A DNA stretch of 64,000 nucleotides. Origin: Thermodesulfobacteriota bacterium (GTDB lineage: Bacteria > Desulfobacterota > Binatia > Bin18). Of the stretch, positions 56,145 through 64,000 are shown in pieces (position 1 is the first letter of the stretch; every line of letters starts with the position of its first letter). The DNA lies in contig OZ219926.1 of assembly GCA_964291405.2 (NCBI GenBank), forward strand, positions 832,001 to 896,000, in the 5' to 3' direction. Position numbers and translations under genes: made by a program. The notes below the pieces were generated by a model, which was not told where the DNA came from, ran no database searches, and saw only the letters and a program-made list of their open reading frames with translations.

Positions 56145-57173
56145 ATGAAAATCGACACGGCCCTGATGCCCTCGACCTTTGAGGCCGCGGCAAAGGTTGC
56201 TCGTGAGGCCGAAGAAATGGGCCTGGATGGGTTGTGGACTGCGGAGACCAGCCACGATCCGTTTTTTCCACTCGTGGTCGCCGCCAGGGAAACGGAACGC
56301 ATCCAGCTTGGCACCGGTGTTGCCATCGTCTTTCCGCGCAGTCCCATGGTGCTGGCAAACATCTGCTGGGATTTACAAGCCAACTCCGGCGGGCGCTTCA
56401 TCCTTGGGCTGGGCACCCAGGTCAAGGGCCACAACCAGCGGCGCTTCAGCGTCAAATGGGAAGCCCCGGTGAAGCGCTTGCGCGAAGTCGTCCTGTCGCT
56501 GCGGGCCATTTGGGACTGCTGGCAGAACGACACCGCGCTCAACTTTGAGGGCGAGTTTTATCAATTCTCGTTGATGACGCCGTTCTTTAATCCCGGCCCG
56601 ATCGAGCAACCGCATATTCCCATTATTCTCTCCGGTCTGAATCCCTTGATCAGCCAGCTGGCCGGCGAGGTCGGCGACGGATTCTTTGTCCATAATTTTC
56701 ACACCCCGGCCTATCTCAAGGAAACGGTGCTGCCCAATATTGAAAAGGGCCTGGCCAAAGCCGGTCGAAAGCGCGAGGACTTCACCCTGCAAACCGGGAC
56801 GTTTATTGCCAGCGGAGCCACGCCGGACGAAGTCCGCAAAGCCGTCGGCGCGGTGCGACAACAGGTCGCTTTTTATGCGTCAACGCGGACCTATAAAGGC
56901 GTGCTCGACACTCACGGCTGGGGAGAGACCTGCTTTCGGCTGAATGAAAAGGCCGCCAAGGGCGACTGGGACGGCATGGCGGCGGAAATTACCGACGAGA
57001 TGTTGGATGAAATCGCCGTCATCGGCATCTATGACACCATCGCCACAAAACTGGCCACTCGGTATAGCGGACTCCTGGACCGCCTCATCGTTGGCTTTGG
57101 TGCCTCAGAGCGTCAGGACCCAGGGCGCTACCGCGAATTCGTTCAGGAAGTGAGATCGCAGATGAATACGTAA
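56145..57173 (+). CDS. LLM-class, probably F420-dependent oxidoreductase
   Basis: AETSHDPF, FPRSPM, GRFILGLGTQVKGHNQRRF, LMTPFFNPGP, FYASTRTY. Confidence 0.85.
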   Translation: MKIDTALMPSTFEAAAKVAREAEEMGLDGLWTAETSHDPFFPLVVAARETERIQLGTGVAIVFPRSPMVLANICWDLQANSGGRFILGLGTQVKGHNQRRFSVKWEAPVKRLREVVLSLRAIWDCWQNDTALNFEGEFYQFSLMTPFFNPGPIEQPHIPIILSGLNPLISQLAGEVGDGFFVHNFHTPAYLKETVLPNIEKGLAKAGRKREDFTLQTGTFIASGATPDEVRKAVGAVRQQVAFYASTRTYKGVLDTHGWGETCFRLNEKAAKGDWDGMAAEITDEMLDEIAVIGIYDTIATKLATRYSGLLDRLIVGFGASERQDPGRYREFVQEVRSQMNT

Positions 57174-57185
57174 GAGAAAGGCAGG

Positions 57186-57224
57186 AACCCACCCCGGCCC
57201 ACGGCCACCCCTCCCAGGAGGGGA
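57186..57224 (+). repeat. REP-like intergenic element (CCCCTCC-N2-GGAGGGG type)
   Basis: AACCCACCCC-GGCCCACGGCC-A-CCCCTCC-CA-GGAGGGG-A, two nested small hairpins. Confidence 0.55.
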
Positions 57225-57267
57225 TGGAACACCGTGTGAACTGAAACCGGGGGAACAGGAGGAAAGT

Positions 57268-58497
57268 ATGGGGGCACTGACTGACAAATACTGCATTGTC
57301 GGCGTGGGAGAAACGCCGCATATGCGTCCATCCAATCGCACAACCTTGTCCATGGCGTGTGAGGCGGTCAAAAAGGCGATGGCCGATGCCGGTCTGGAGC
57401 CGCGCGATATTGACGGCATGACCAGCTATCAAGCCGGAGACTCAACCACCTCGAATCATATCGCCACATCGCTCGGCATGCGGCTCAACTATTCGGTGGA
57501 TATTCTCGGTGGAGGGTCGAGCACCGAGGCGCTGATTGGCAATACGATCGGCCTGCTGGAAGCCGGTTATTGCAAAACCATGGTGATCTTCCGGTCCATG
57601 AACGGGCGCTCCGGGCGCCGTATGGGCGGACAAGCGCCCAGCGGTCCGGTGCCGCCAACCCGGGCAGCCGAGGATAATCAGTTCATGATGCCCTGGGGCT
57701 GGACCTCACCGGCCCAACGCTTCGGCATGTCCGCCATGCGCTATTTGCGCGACACCGGCACGACCACCAAATCGCTAGCCGAAATTGCGGTTGCGCATCG
57801 CTATCACGCCAGCCTGAATCCCAAGGCGGTCATGCGTCACCCCATCACAATCGAGGATCACCAGAATTCGCGCTGGGTGGTCAAACCCCTGCGGCTGCTC
57901 GACTGCTGCCTCGAAACCGATGTCTCGGCCTGTCTCATTGTCACGTCTCGTGAACGCGCCTATGACCTGCGTCAGCCGCCGGTTTTCATTATGGGCGGGA
58001 CGGGGCGGACCATGGCTCCCAACGCGGCCTGGAACTACTCGCGCCCGGAGATCCACTACGTCGCCGGGAATTACGGCCGTAAGCGTTTGTTCGGCATGGC
58101 CGGGATCAGTCAAAAAGACGTGAACCTGATTTCGTGCTACGACGCGTTCACCTTCACCACCCTCATTCAGCTCGAAGCCTACGGTTTCTGCGGCAAAGGC
58201 GAGGCGGGGGAGTTTGTGAAAGGTGGCCGGTTGCAGATTGACCACGAGCTGCCGTCCAACCTCTCCGGGGGACATTTGTCCGAAGGCTACACCCACGGGG
58301 TGAGCATGGTGATTGAAAACGTCCGCCAACTCCGCCATCGCGCCGACGACGCCTGTCCGGGCTGGGCCGAGGGCAAACACAGCTACGACCGCCAGGCCGG
58401 CTGTCGTCAAGTGCAGGATGCCCGCATTGCAGCCTGTCTCGGTTGGGGAACGGAAACCATGTCGAGTTCGGCCATTCTACGTGGGATTTCAGCCTAA
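57268..58497 (+). CDS. Thiolase-superfamily protein of SCP-x/Ltp2 type
   Basis: IVGVGET, NPKA, PLRLLDCCLETD, CYDAFT, SGGHLSEGYTHG; the canonical thiolase Cys position reads GGGSS. Confidence 0.85.
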   Translation: MGALTDKYCIVGVGETPHMRPSNRTTLSMACEAVKKAMADAGLEPRDIDGMTSYQAGDSTTSNHIATSLGMRLNYSVDILGGGSSTEALIGNTIGLLEAGYCKTMVIFRSMNGRSGRRMGGQAPSGPVPPTRAAEDNQFMMPWGWTSPAQRFGMSAMRYLRDTGTTTKSLAEIAVAHRYHASLNPKAVMRHPITIEDHQNSRWVVKPLRLLDCCLETDVSACLIVTSRERAYDLRQPPVFIMGGTGRTMAPNAAWNYSRPEIHYVAGNYGRKRLFGMAGISQKDVNLISCYDAFTFTTLIQLEAYGFCGKGEAGEFVKGGRLQIDHELPSNLSGGHLSEGYTHGVSMVIENVRQLRHRADDACPGWAEGKHSYDRQAGCRQVQDARIAACLGWGTETMSSSAILRGISA

Positions 58498-58510
58498 AGG
58501 AGCGCTGACT

Positions 58511-58981
58511 ATGCCTGGTCCAATTGATTACAGCAAAATCACAATCACGCCCGACTTCGATACCGCCGAATGGTGGATGGGCACCAAAGAGCATAAATAT
58601 CTCGTGCGCCAGTGCAAGGACTGCGGCCACAAATGGTTTCCGCCCTTCCCCGCCTGTAACAAATGCAACTCTATGGATCTCGGCTGGTTTGAGACCGCCG
58701 GCACCGGTGTGCTCCACAGCTATATCGTCGTGACCCAGCCCATCCTGGGCGCATTTGTCGAAGCGGTCCCCTATGTTGTCGGCCTGATTGAGTTAGACGA
58801 CTGTCACGAAGCCGACGGCTCGCTCGTCCGCGTCGGCGGAGTCATGCTGGACGACGAAGAAGATGTGGCAATCGGTCTGCCCGTCACAGTGGAATTCGAG
58901 CAGACCAACGAGGCCAATATCGTTGTACCGCGCTGGAAGATCAGCGGTACGGCAGAAAACACCTGGAAGTTCAGTGAATGA
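58511..58981 (+). CDS. DUF35 (Zn-ribbon + OB-fold) acyl-CoA-binding partner
   Basis: QCKDCG...FPP...CNKC, GTGVLHSY, PYVVGLIELD, IGLPVTVEF. Confidence 0.9.
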   Translation: MPGPIDYSKITITPDFDTAEWWMGTKEHKYLVRQCKDCGHKWFPPFPACNKCNSMDLGWFETAGTGVLHSYIVVTQPILGAFVEAVPYVVGLIELDDCHEADGSLVRVGGVMLDDEEDVAIGLPVTVEFEQTNEANIVVPRWKISGTAENTWKFSE

Positions 58982-59050
58982 TTTTTCAAATTGACGCAGA
59001 TATTATAGGCTCGTGCAGGTTTGGCCTCATGGGCAATGGTTATACTGAAG

Positions 59051-59377
59051 ATGCCGACCGTATTAAGAAGAGGACCATATCGATTCTTTTTCGTCTCACT
59101 TGACTATAATGAGCCGGCACATATTCATGTCCAACGAGAGCGCATGGTCGCAAAATTCTGGCTTGACCCTATCGCCCTCCAAAAGACGGGAGGTTTCAGC
59201 CGGACTGAGATCAATACTATCGCAAGGCAGAGCAGTTTCCTCCGTGGTGTAGCGAGGTGCTCTCCAGAGTTCTGTAGGGTGCACGAACCTTTCCCCGGTG
59301 CTAGAAAGAGAACACTAAACGAAGAAAGAGAACACTTACTGGAGGATTGGCATGACTTCTTCGGCCATGGGGATTGA
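59051..59377 (+). CDS. DUF4160 family protein with an in-frame insertion of about 28 aa
   Basis: MPTVLRRGPYRFFFVSLDYNEPAHIHV...AKFWLDP...LLEDWHDFFG; extra segment QSSFLRG...ARKRT. Confidence 0.8.
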   Translation: MPTVLRRGPYRFFFVSLDYNEPAHIHVQRERMVAKFWLDPIALQKTGGFSRTEINTIARQSSFLRGVARCSPEFCRVHEPFPGARKRTLNEEREHLLEDWHDFFGHGD

Positions 59378-59669
59378 AGAAGCACGGGCTCAGGGGGTCG
59401 CCGTTGAGGACGACTCCCTTACAGTTGACCTTGTTGATGGCCGGACTGTCATCGTCCCGCTCACTTGGTACGCACGCCTATGGCACGGTACCCCAGAGGA
59501 ACGAAAGAACTTTGAGATTATTGGTGATGGGACGCTCATCCATTGGCCCGACCTCGATGAAGACCTGAGTGTCTCTGGTATTTTAGTTGGACGAAAGTCG
59601 GGGGAGAGTCAACAATCGTTAAAAAAATGGCTGGAAGGACGGACAAAGTCTGGAAATCAGCCAGCATAG
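59352..59669 (+). CDS. DUF2442 family protein (partner of DUF4160)
   Basis: LTVDLVDGRTVIVPLTWYARL, IHWPDLDEDLSVSGIL; overlaps the DUF4160 gene. Confidence 0.9.
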   Translation: MTSSAMGIEEARAQGVAVEDDSLTVDLVDGRTVIVPLTWYARLWHGTPEERKNFEIIGDGTLIHWPDLDEDLSVSGILVGRKSGESQQSLKKWLEGRTKSGNQPA

Positions 59670-59687
59670 TATATCTGTAACTGTTCC

Positions 59688-60089
59688 ATGCAACTCCTGG
59701 CCTTCATCGGCCTCTGGCTCCTCTGCGCGGTTCTGTCGGCCTGTATTGCCGCCAGCAAGGGCCGGGAGTGGCAAGGCCGTTTGATCGGAGGCGTATTGAT
59801 CGGCCCGTTCGGACTGCTGATCGGGCTTCTCCCGGCCCGCTACAAAAAGCCGCTGAGGCTTCCCCCTCGGCTGTCCATCGTGTGTGCCATCGCCGCTGCC
59901 CTCATCTCGATTGGCGCGTTTTATGCTCTCCACATTAGTTACTGGGGCAGTGCCGTCCTCCTCTTTCTCGTGACCGGTCTTCTGGCAGAGATTGTCTTTC
60001 TGACCGACTCGGCGGATACCAGCCGGGAGCCTGACGACCCCAATCCTCCCACCCCCCCACCGAGTCTCAACAGCCGCCCGCTCGTGTAG
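59688..60089 (+). CDS. Hypothetical membrane protein
   Basis: Four hydrophobic segments; IAASKGR...GVLIGPFGLLI motif. Confidence 0.7.
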   Translation: MQLLAFIGLWLLCAVLSACIAASKGREWQGRLIGGVLIGPFGLLIGLLPARYKKPLRLPPRLSIVCAIAAALISIGAFYALHISYWGSAVLLFLVTGLLAEIVFLTDSADTSREPDDPNPPTPPPSLNSRPLV

Positions 60090-60221
60090 GGACTCTCAAA
60101 ATAGACCCGAAGACCGATCAGCGGTTTTCCGATGCGGGAATGGTAGCGACCTCCGCCCCGTCATCTTGACCTCTCTCGGAGAAACCGTTTAGCTAGGCGC
60201 ACATATCCTAAGGAGGCGCAT

Positions 60222-60995
60222 GTGGCTGAAGAAATTCTGTGCTCAATCGACGAAGGCATTGCAACCATTACCCTGAACCGCCCGGAAAAGCGGAACGCCA
60301 TGAATACGGCGGTGCTGGAAGGATTGGAGCATTATTTTGACGAACTGGAGACCAACAACGACGTCCGCGCGATCATCGTCCGCGGCGAGGGCAAGGCATT
60401 TTGTGCCGGTCTGGACCTGCGGGAGCTAAATGCCCGTCAACAGAGCGACGTAGACGCGGAAAGCGGCATTATTGAGCTGCTCGGAAAAATCGAAACGTCT
60501 CGACATCCGACCATTGCCATGGTCCAGGGCGATGCCCTGGCCGGCGGCTGTGAACTCGCCCTCCACTGCGACCTGCGCGTTGTCTCGCAAGTCGCCCGGT
60601 TCGGCATGCCCCTGGCCCGGCTGGGGCTCATTGTTCCGTTCCGCTTGGGTCAAAAACTCGTTGAGATTGTTGGGCCAGCCTTCACCAAGCAGATCCTCCT
60701 CACCGGCCAGCCGGTAAGCGCTCAGCGGGCATATGAAATCGGCATGGTACACCAACTCGTCTCTGCCGACGAACTGGAAGCAGCCACGCTGACACTGGCC
60801 CGGACAATTGCCGCCAACGCGCCGCTCTCTCTGGCTGGCATGAAAAAGAGCATCCTGCGTATGATCTCGCTCCGGGACGGCATAGCCTCCGACGATCTCG
60901 ACACCCTGGTCCGTCAGGCGCGCAAGAGCGAAGACGCCGACGAAGGCGTGCGGGCCATGCTGGAGAAACGCCTACCGCGTTTTCGTGGGGTATAG
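60222..60995 (+). CDS. Enoyl-CoA hydratase/isomerase family protein
   Basis: LNRPEKRNA, FCAGLDL, GGCELALHCD, EGVRAMLEKR. Confidence 0.9.
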   Translation: MAEEILCSIDEGIATITLNRPEKRNAMNTAVLEGLEHYFDELETNNDVRAIIVRGEGKAFCAGLDLRELNARQQSDVDAESGIIELLGKIETSRHPTIAMVQGDALAGGCELALHCDLRVVSQVARFGMPLARLGLIVPFRLGQKLVEIVGPAFTKQILLTGQPVSAQRAYEIGMVHQLVSADELEAATLTLARTIAANAPLSLAGMKKSILRMISLRDGIASDDLDTLVRQARKSEDADEGVRAMLEKRLPRFRGV

Positions 60996-61056
60996 ACCCT
61001 CCCTCCTCCTGAGAGAGGGAAGCGGCCTACGCCCCGCAGACGCTTGAGACCTTTCC

Positions 61057-61560
61057 ATGCTGTCCCTCCGGCTTCGCGCTACGGTGTATACGCTTGTCAT
61101 CCCCGGCTTCCTGGTCGGCTATCTGCCCTGGAAACTACGACCGCTTGAGGCTGTGGCCCCCCTTCCCTTCTCGATGCTGTTTTCCCTGCTCGGCTTTCTC
61201 CTCTGTCTGGGCGGCGGGGCCTTACTCTTTTCGGCGGTGTATTATCTTGTCCGCCGCGGCAACGGCACCCCTTTCCCCCTCGACCCACCCCAGCGCATGG
61301 TTGTTGCCGGCCCGTATGCCCATATTCAGCATCCCATGCTGGTCGGTCTGTTTGCCATGCTGTGCGGCCAGATCGTCTGGTTTCCGTCCATCCACGTCTT
61401 GCTCTATACTCTGTTGCTGCTGCTGGTCAGTCGCGCACTCGTGCTTCACATCGAAGAACCTACCCTGAGAAAAAGATTTGGTGAGGACTATATGGCCTAT
61501 CAGGCGGCTATACCGCGCTGGTTTCCGTCGCTGGTCTCATCAGGGCCGACAGATACCTGA
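61057..61560 (+). CDS. Isoprenylcysteine carboxyl/phospholipid methyltransferase family membrane protein
   Basis: GNGTPFPLDPP, GPYAHIQHPM, EEPTLRKRFGEDY, PRW. Confidence 0.85.
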   Translation: MLSLRLRATVYTLVIPGFLVGYLPWKLRPLEAVAPLPFSMLFSLLGFLLCLGGGALLFSAVYYLVRRGNGTPFPLDPPQRMVVAGPYAHIQHPMLVGLFAMLCGQIVWFPSIHVLLYTLLLLLVSRALVLHIEEPTLRKRFGEDYMAYQAAIPRWFPSLVSSGPTDT

Positions 61561-61605
61561 CTCCAGGAGCTTGTAAACGAGAGAACCTCATGGAAGGAGA
61601 AAATC

Positions 61606-62751
61606 GTGAGTAACAGACACCTTGAACTCGGCGTCTTCGCCCCCACCATTGGCTGCGCGCCCTCATTTGGCAAAAATGCTTTTGTCCTGGTCTCGTCCGC
61701 CGAGCAGCGTACCGAGCCGACCTATGACTACAACCTTCGCCTCGCTCAACTCCTCGACCAGAGCGGCCTTGAAATTTTTTTCATGGCCCAACGGGGTGGG
61801 GCGGGCTTTGGTCCGGCACGTTTCTGGAGTTACTCGCTCGACTCGTTTACCACGGCCGCCGGCCTGGCCATGGCCACCCAGAATCTCCAGCTCATCTCCA
61901 CGGTCCACACCGCCTTTTATCATCCCGGCATGGTGGCCCGCATAGGCGCCACTTTGGATCAGATCAGCCAAGGCCGCTGGGCGCTGAACATCGTCAGTGG
62001 CTGGGCGGAGCAGGACTTTCGCATGCTCGATATCCCCCTGCTGGAGCACGATAAGCGCTATGCGCAGTCCACGGAGTTTGTTGAGGTCCTCAAGAAATTC
62101 TGGACCGAGGACTGGTTTGATTATGCGGGCGAGTTTTTCTCCATCAGCCAGGGCACCTGCCATCCGAAACCGGCCCGACCGCCGCTGCTGTATAATGCCG
62201 GGAGCTCGCCGGTTGGCCGGGATTTTGCCGCCCAGCATTGCGACTGGTATTTTGCCGGAGCCCAGTCACCGGAACTCCTGGCCCAGGAAGTGTCCGACGT
62301 TCGCGCCCGGGCAGCCAAACAGGGCCGTGAGGTAAAAGTCATCATCTATCTCTTTGTCTTATGCCGAGATACGGAAGAAGCCGCCCGCTCGGAAGTCGAA
62401 GAGATATTTGCCCACGCGGAGTTCGATAGCGCCCGCGAGTGGCTGGAAACCTTAACCGGCCAAACGGTGGGCACCGTCGCCTCGACCCTGGGTCAGGGCA
62501 TTTCCGTCGAAGACATGCTGCGGAGCGTTATTCTCGGGGTCGGCAGCGGCAAGCTGATTGGAACCCCGGAGCAGGTCGCCCATGCCCTCGCCCAGTTTCA
62601 TGCGGCTGGCGCCGATGCGGTCGGCTTGACATTCAGACATGTTGAAGAAGAGCTGAGAGACTTTATTGCCAGCGTCGTTCCCCTTCTCGAACGTGAGGGC
62701 GTCCGCCGTCCACGCACGCTCGAAGCGGACTCGCTCAGGGCATCCGGCTGA
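61606..62751 (+). CDS. LLM-class flavin-dependent monooxygenase (SsuD/SfnG-like)
   Basis: HPGMVARIGATLDQISQGRWALNIVSGW, HDKRY, NAGSSPVGRDFAA, IGTPEQVA. Confidence 0.88.
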   Translation: MSNRHLELGVFAPTIGCAPSFGKNAFVLVSSAEQRTEPTYDYNLRLAQLLDQSGLEIFFMAQRGGAGFGPARFWSYSLDSFTTAAGLAMATQNLQLISTVHTAFYHPGMVARIGATLDQISQGRWALNIVSGWAEQDFRMLDIPLLEHDKRYAQSTEFVEVLKKFWTEDWFDYAGEFFSISQGTCHPKPARPPLLYNAGSSPVGRDFAAQHCDWYFAGAQSPELLAQEVSDVRARAAKQGREVKVIIYLFVLCRDTEEAARSEVEEIFAHAEFDSAREWLETLTGQTVGTVASTLGQGISVEDMLRSVILGVGSGKLIGTPEQVAHALAQFHAAGADAVGLTFRHVEEELRDFIASVVPLLEREGVRRPRTLEADSLRASG

Positions 62752-62770
62752 GCGGTTTGTCCACCCCGGC

Positions 62771-63277
62771 TCAACCGATCTCCTTCTCATACGTGACGGA
62801 AGACTGGAGGCGATCCTCGGGAATATCGTAATATGCCCGGAGGACGGCCTCCGGGTCTGCTGAAAGCGCATAACCGGCGCCTTCCAGCGCCTTCCGCGCT
62901 TTGTAATTGCCGGTATAGGTGCCAACCACGATCCGGCGTACTCCGCAAATCTGCTGCTCTATATATGCCCGCAGCAGAGAGCCGATCCCGCTCCGCTGCC
63001 GGTCGGGCAGGATATACGCGTGACGCAGGAGCGCCACATCTTTGACATATTCCAGACCCATTACACCAAGGAGCGCATCCGGGGTAAAGGCTCCATACCA
63101 GGTGAGACGTTTCGTCTCTTTAGCCCAGTCGTCTTGTGTCATCTCCGGGTCGTGATATTCCTCGGCGGGCAGAAACTCCCGGTACCAGCGTGCCGCAGTA
63201 TTAATGACCGCCAGGGCGGCCTCACGGTCGCCTTCGGTCAGTTGCCGTATCCGTATGTCACTCGGTACGTCAGCCAT
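62771..63277 (-). CDS. GNAT family acetyltransferase
   Basis: GVMGLE, LLRHAYILPDRQRSGIGSLL, YYDIPEDR. Confidence 0.85.
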   Translation of the reverse strand: MADVPSDIRIRQLTEGDREAALAVINTAARWYREFLPAEEYHDPEMTQDDWAKETKRLTWYGAFTPDALLGVMGLEYVKDVALLRHAYILPDRQRSGIGSLLRAYIEQQICGVRRIVVGTYTGNYKARKALEGAGYALSADPEAVLRAYYDIPEDRLQSSVTYEKEIG

Positions 63278-63308
63278 GAAGCGCTTCCAATCTTTTCGGA
63301 CAGGCCGT

Positions 63309-64000
63309 CTACTTGCCCTGATAGCTGATCCGATAAATCACTCCAGCACGGTCATCGGACACCAGCAGCGCTCCATCCGGCATCACCAGGACGTCAACCG
63401 GACGCCCCCAGGCTCCATCTTCTTGGAGCCAACCCTCGGCAAAGACTTCGTAACTCGTTGCAGTATTATTCTCCAGGCGGACCAGCATCACCCGATAGCC
63501 TATTGGGGTGCTACGGTTCCACGAGCCGTGCTCGGCAATAAAAATCTGGTTCCGGTAGGAAGTCGGAAACATCGAGCCGGTATAAAAACGCATACCCAAC
63601 GGCGCAACGTGTGGTCCGAGTTCCTGCGCAGGTGGGGTAAATGCGGTACAGGGCCGCTCTTGCCCAAAGTCCGGGTCGGAGATGCTGCTACCGTGACAGT
63701 ACGGAAACCCGAAGTGCAAGTCGGGCTGGGGAGCCCGATTGAGTTCACACGGTGGGGAATCATCGCCCAGCCAGTCTCGCCCGTTGTCCGTAAACCAGAG
63801 TTCCTGGGTTTCAGGATGCCAGTCAAACCCAACGGTATTGCGCACGCCACGGGCATAGTTTTCCAGCGCGCTGCCGTCCGGCTTCATACGGAGAATCGAG
63901 GCGTAGCGCGGGTCACTCTTGGTACACACATTACACGGGGCACCAACCGGGACGTACAATAAATCATCGGGTCCGAACCGGATAAACTTCCAGCCGTGCC
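63309..64000 (-). CDS. PQQ-dependent sugar/sorbosone dehydrogenase family protein; 5' end outside the window
   Basis: The frame stays open to the window edge (HGWKFIRFGPDDLLYVPVGAPCN); GVRNTVGFDW, TDNGRD, AEHGSWNR, GRPVDV, VSDD. Confidence 0.9.
   Translation of the reverse strand, partial: HGWKFIRFGPDDLLYVPVGAPCNVCTKSDPRYASILRMKPDGSALENYARGVRNTVGFDWHPETQELWFTDNGRDWLGDDSPPCELNRAPQPDLHFGFPYCHGSSISDPDFGQERPCTAFTPPAQELGPHVAPLGMRFYTGSMFPTSYRNQIFIAEHGSWNRSTPIGYRVMLVRLENNTATSYEVFAEGWLQEDGAWGRPVDVLVMPDGALLVSDDRAGVIYRISYQGK

Overview
Bacterial chromosomal window, GC-rich by eye. The gene order is Deltaproteobacteria-like (valS-nadC-birA-coaX; DUF465-ilvN-ilvC-psd-pssA-leuA-leuB; glnB-glnA). The many LLM/F420, amidohydrolase, thiolase-like and crotonase genes would fit Binatia (Desulfobacterota_B), but that is inference only. 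Most of the window is housekeeping and metabolism: arginine, branched-chain amino acid, NAD, CoA, riboflavin and phospholipid synthesis, plus two tRNAs (Pro-CGG, Leu-CAG) and a CoA-ester/lipid catabolic cluster at the right end. Accessory content is small: three toxin-antitoxin-type gene pairs, an EVE-domain gene that appears to have lost its nuclease domain by in-frame deletion, and a secreted protein made of 19-aa tandem repeats. Non-coding signals include a sigma54 promoter with two NtrC-like boxes before glnB-glnA and a Leu-rich leader-peptide attenuator before leuA. Three genes (leuB, nadC, a rhomboid protease) each carry a single-base frameshift, which may be assembly error or early pseudogenisation. 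I found no CRISPR array, integrase, transposase or prophage. I cannot point to one clearly novel multi-gene system. The best candidates are the His-ladder repeat protein, the nadC-valS islet, the DUF4160 gene with an in-frame insert, and the CblC/QueG-like plus core MetE-like neighbourhood. All family assignments come from motif recognition, not database searches.
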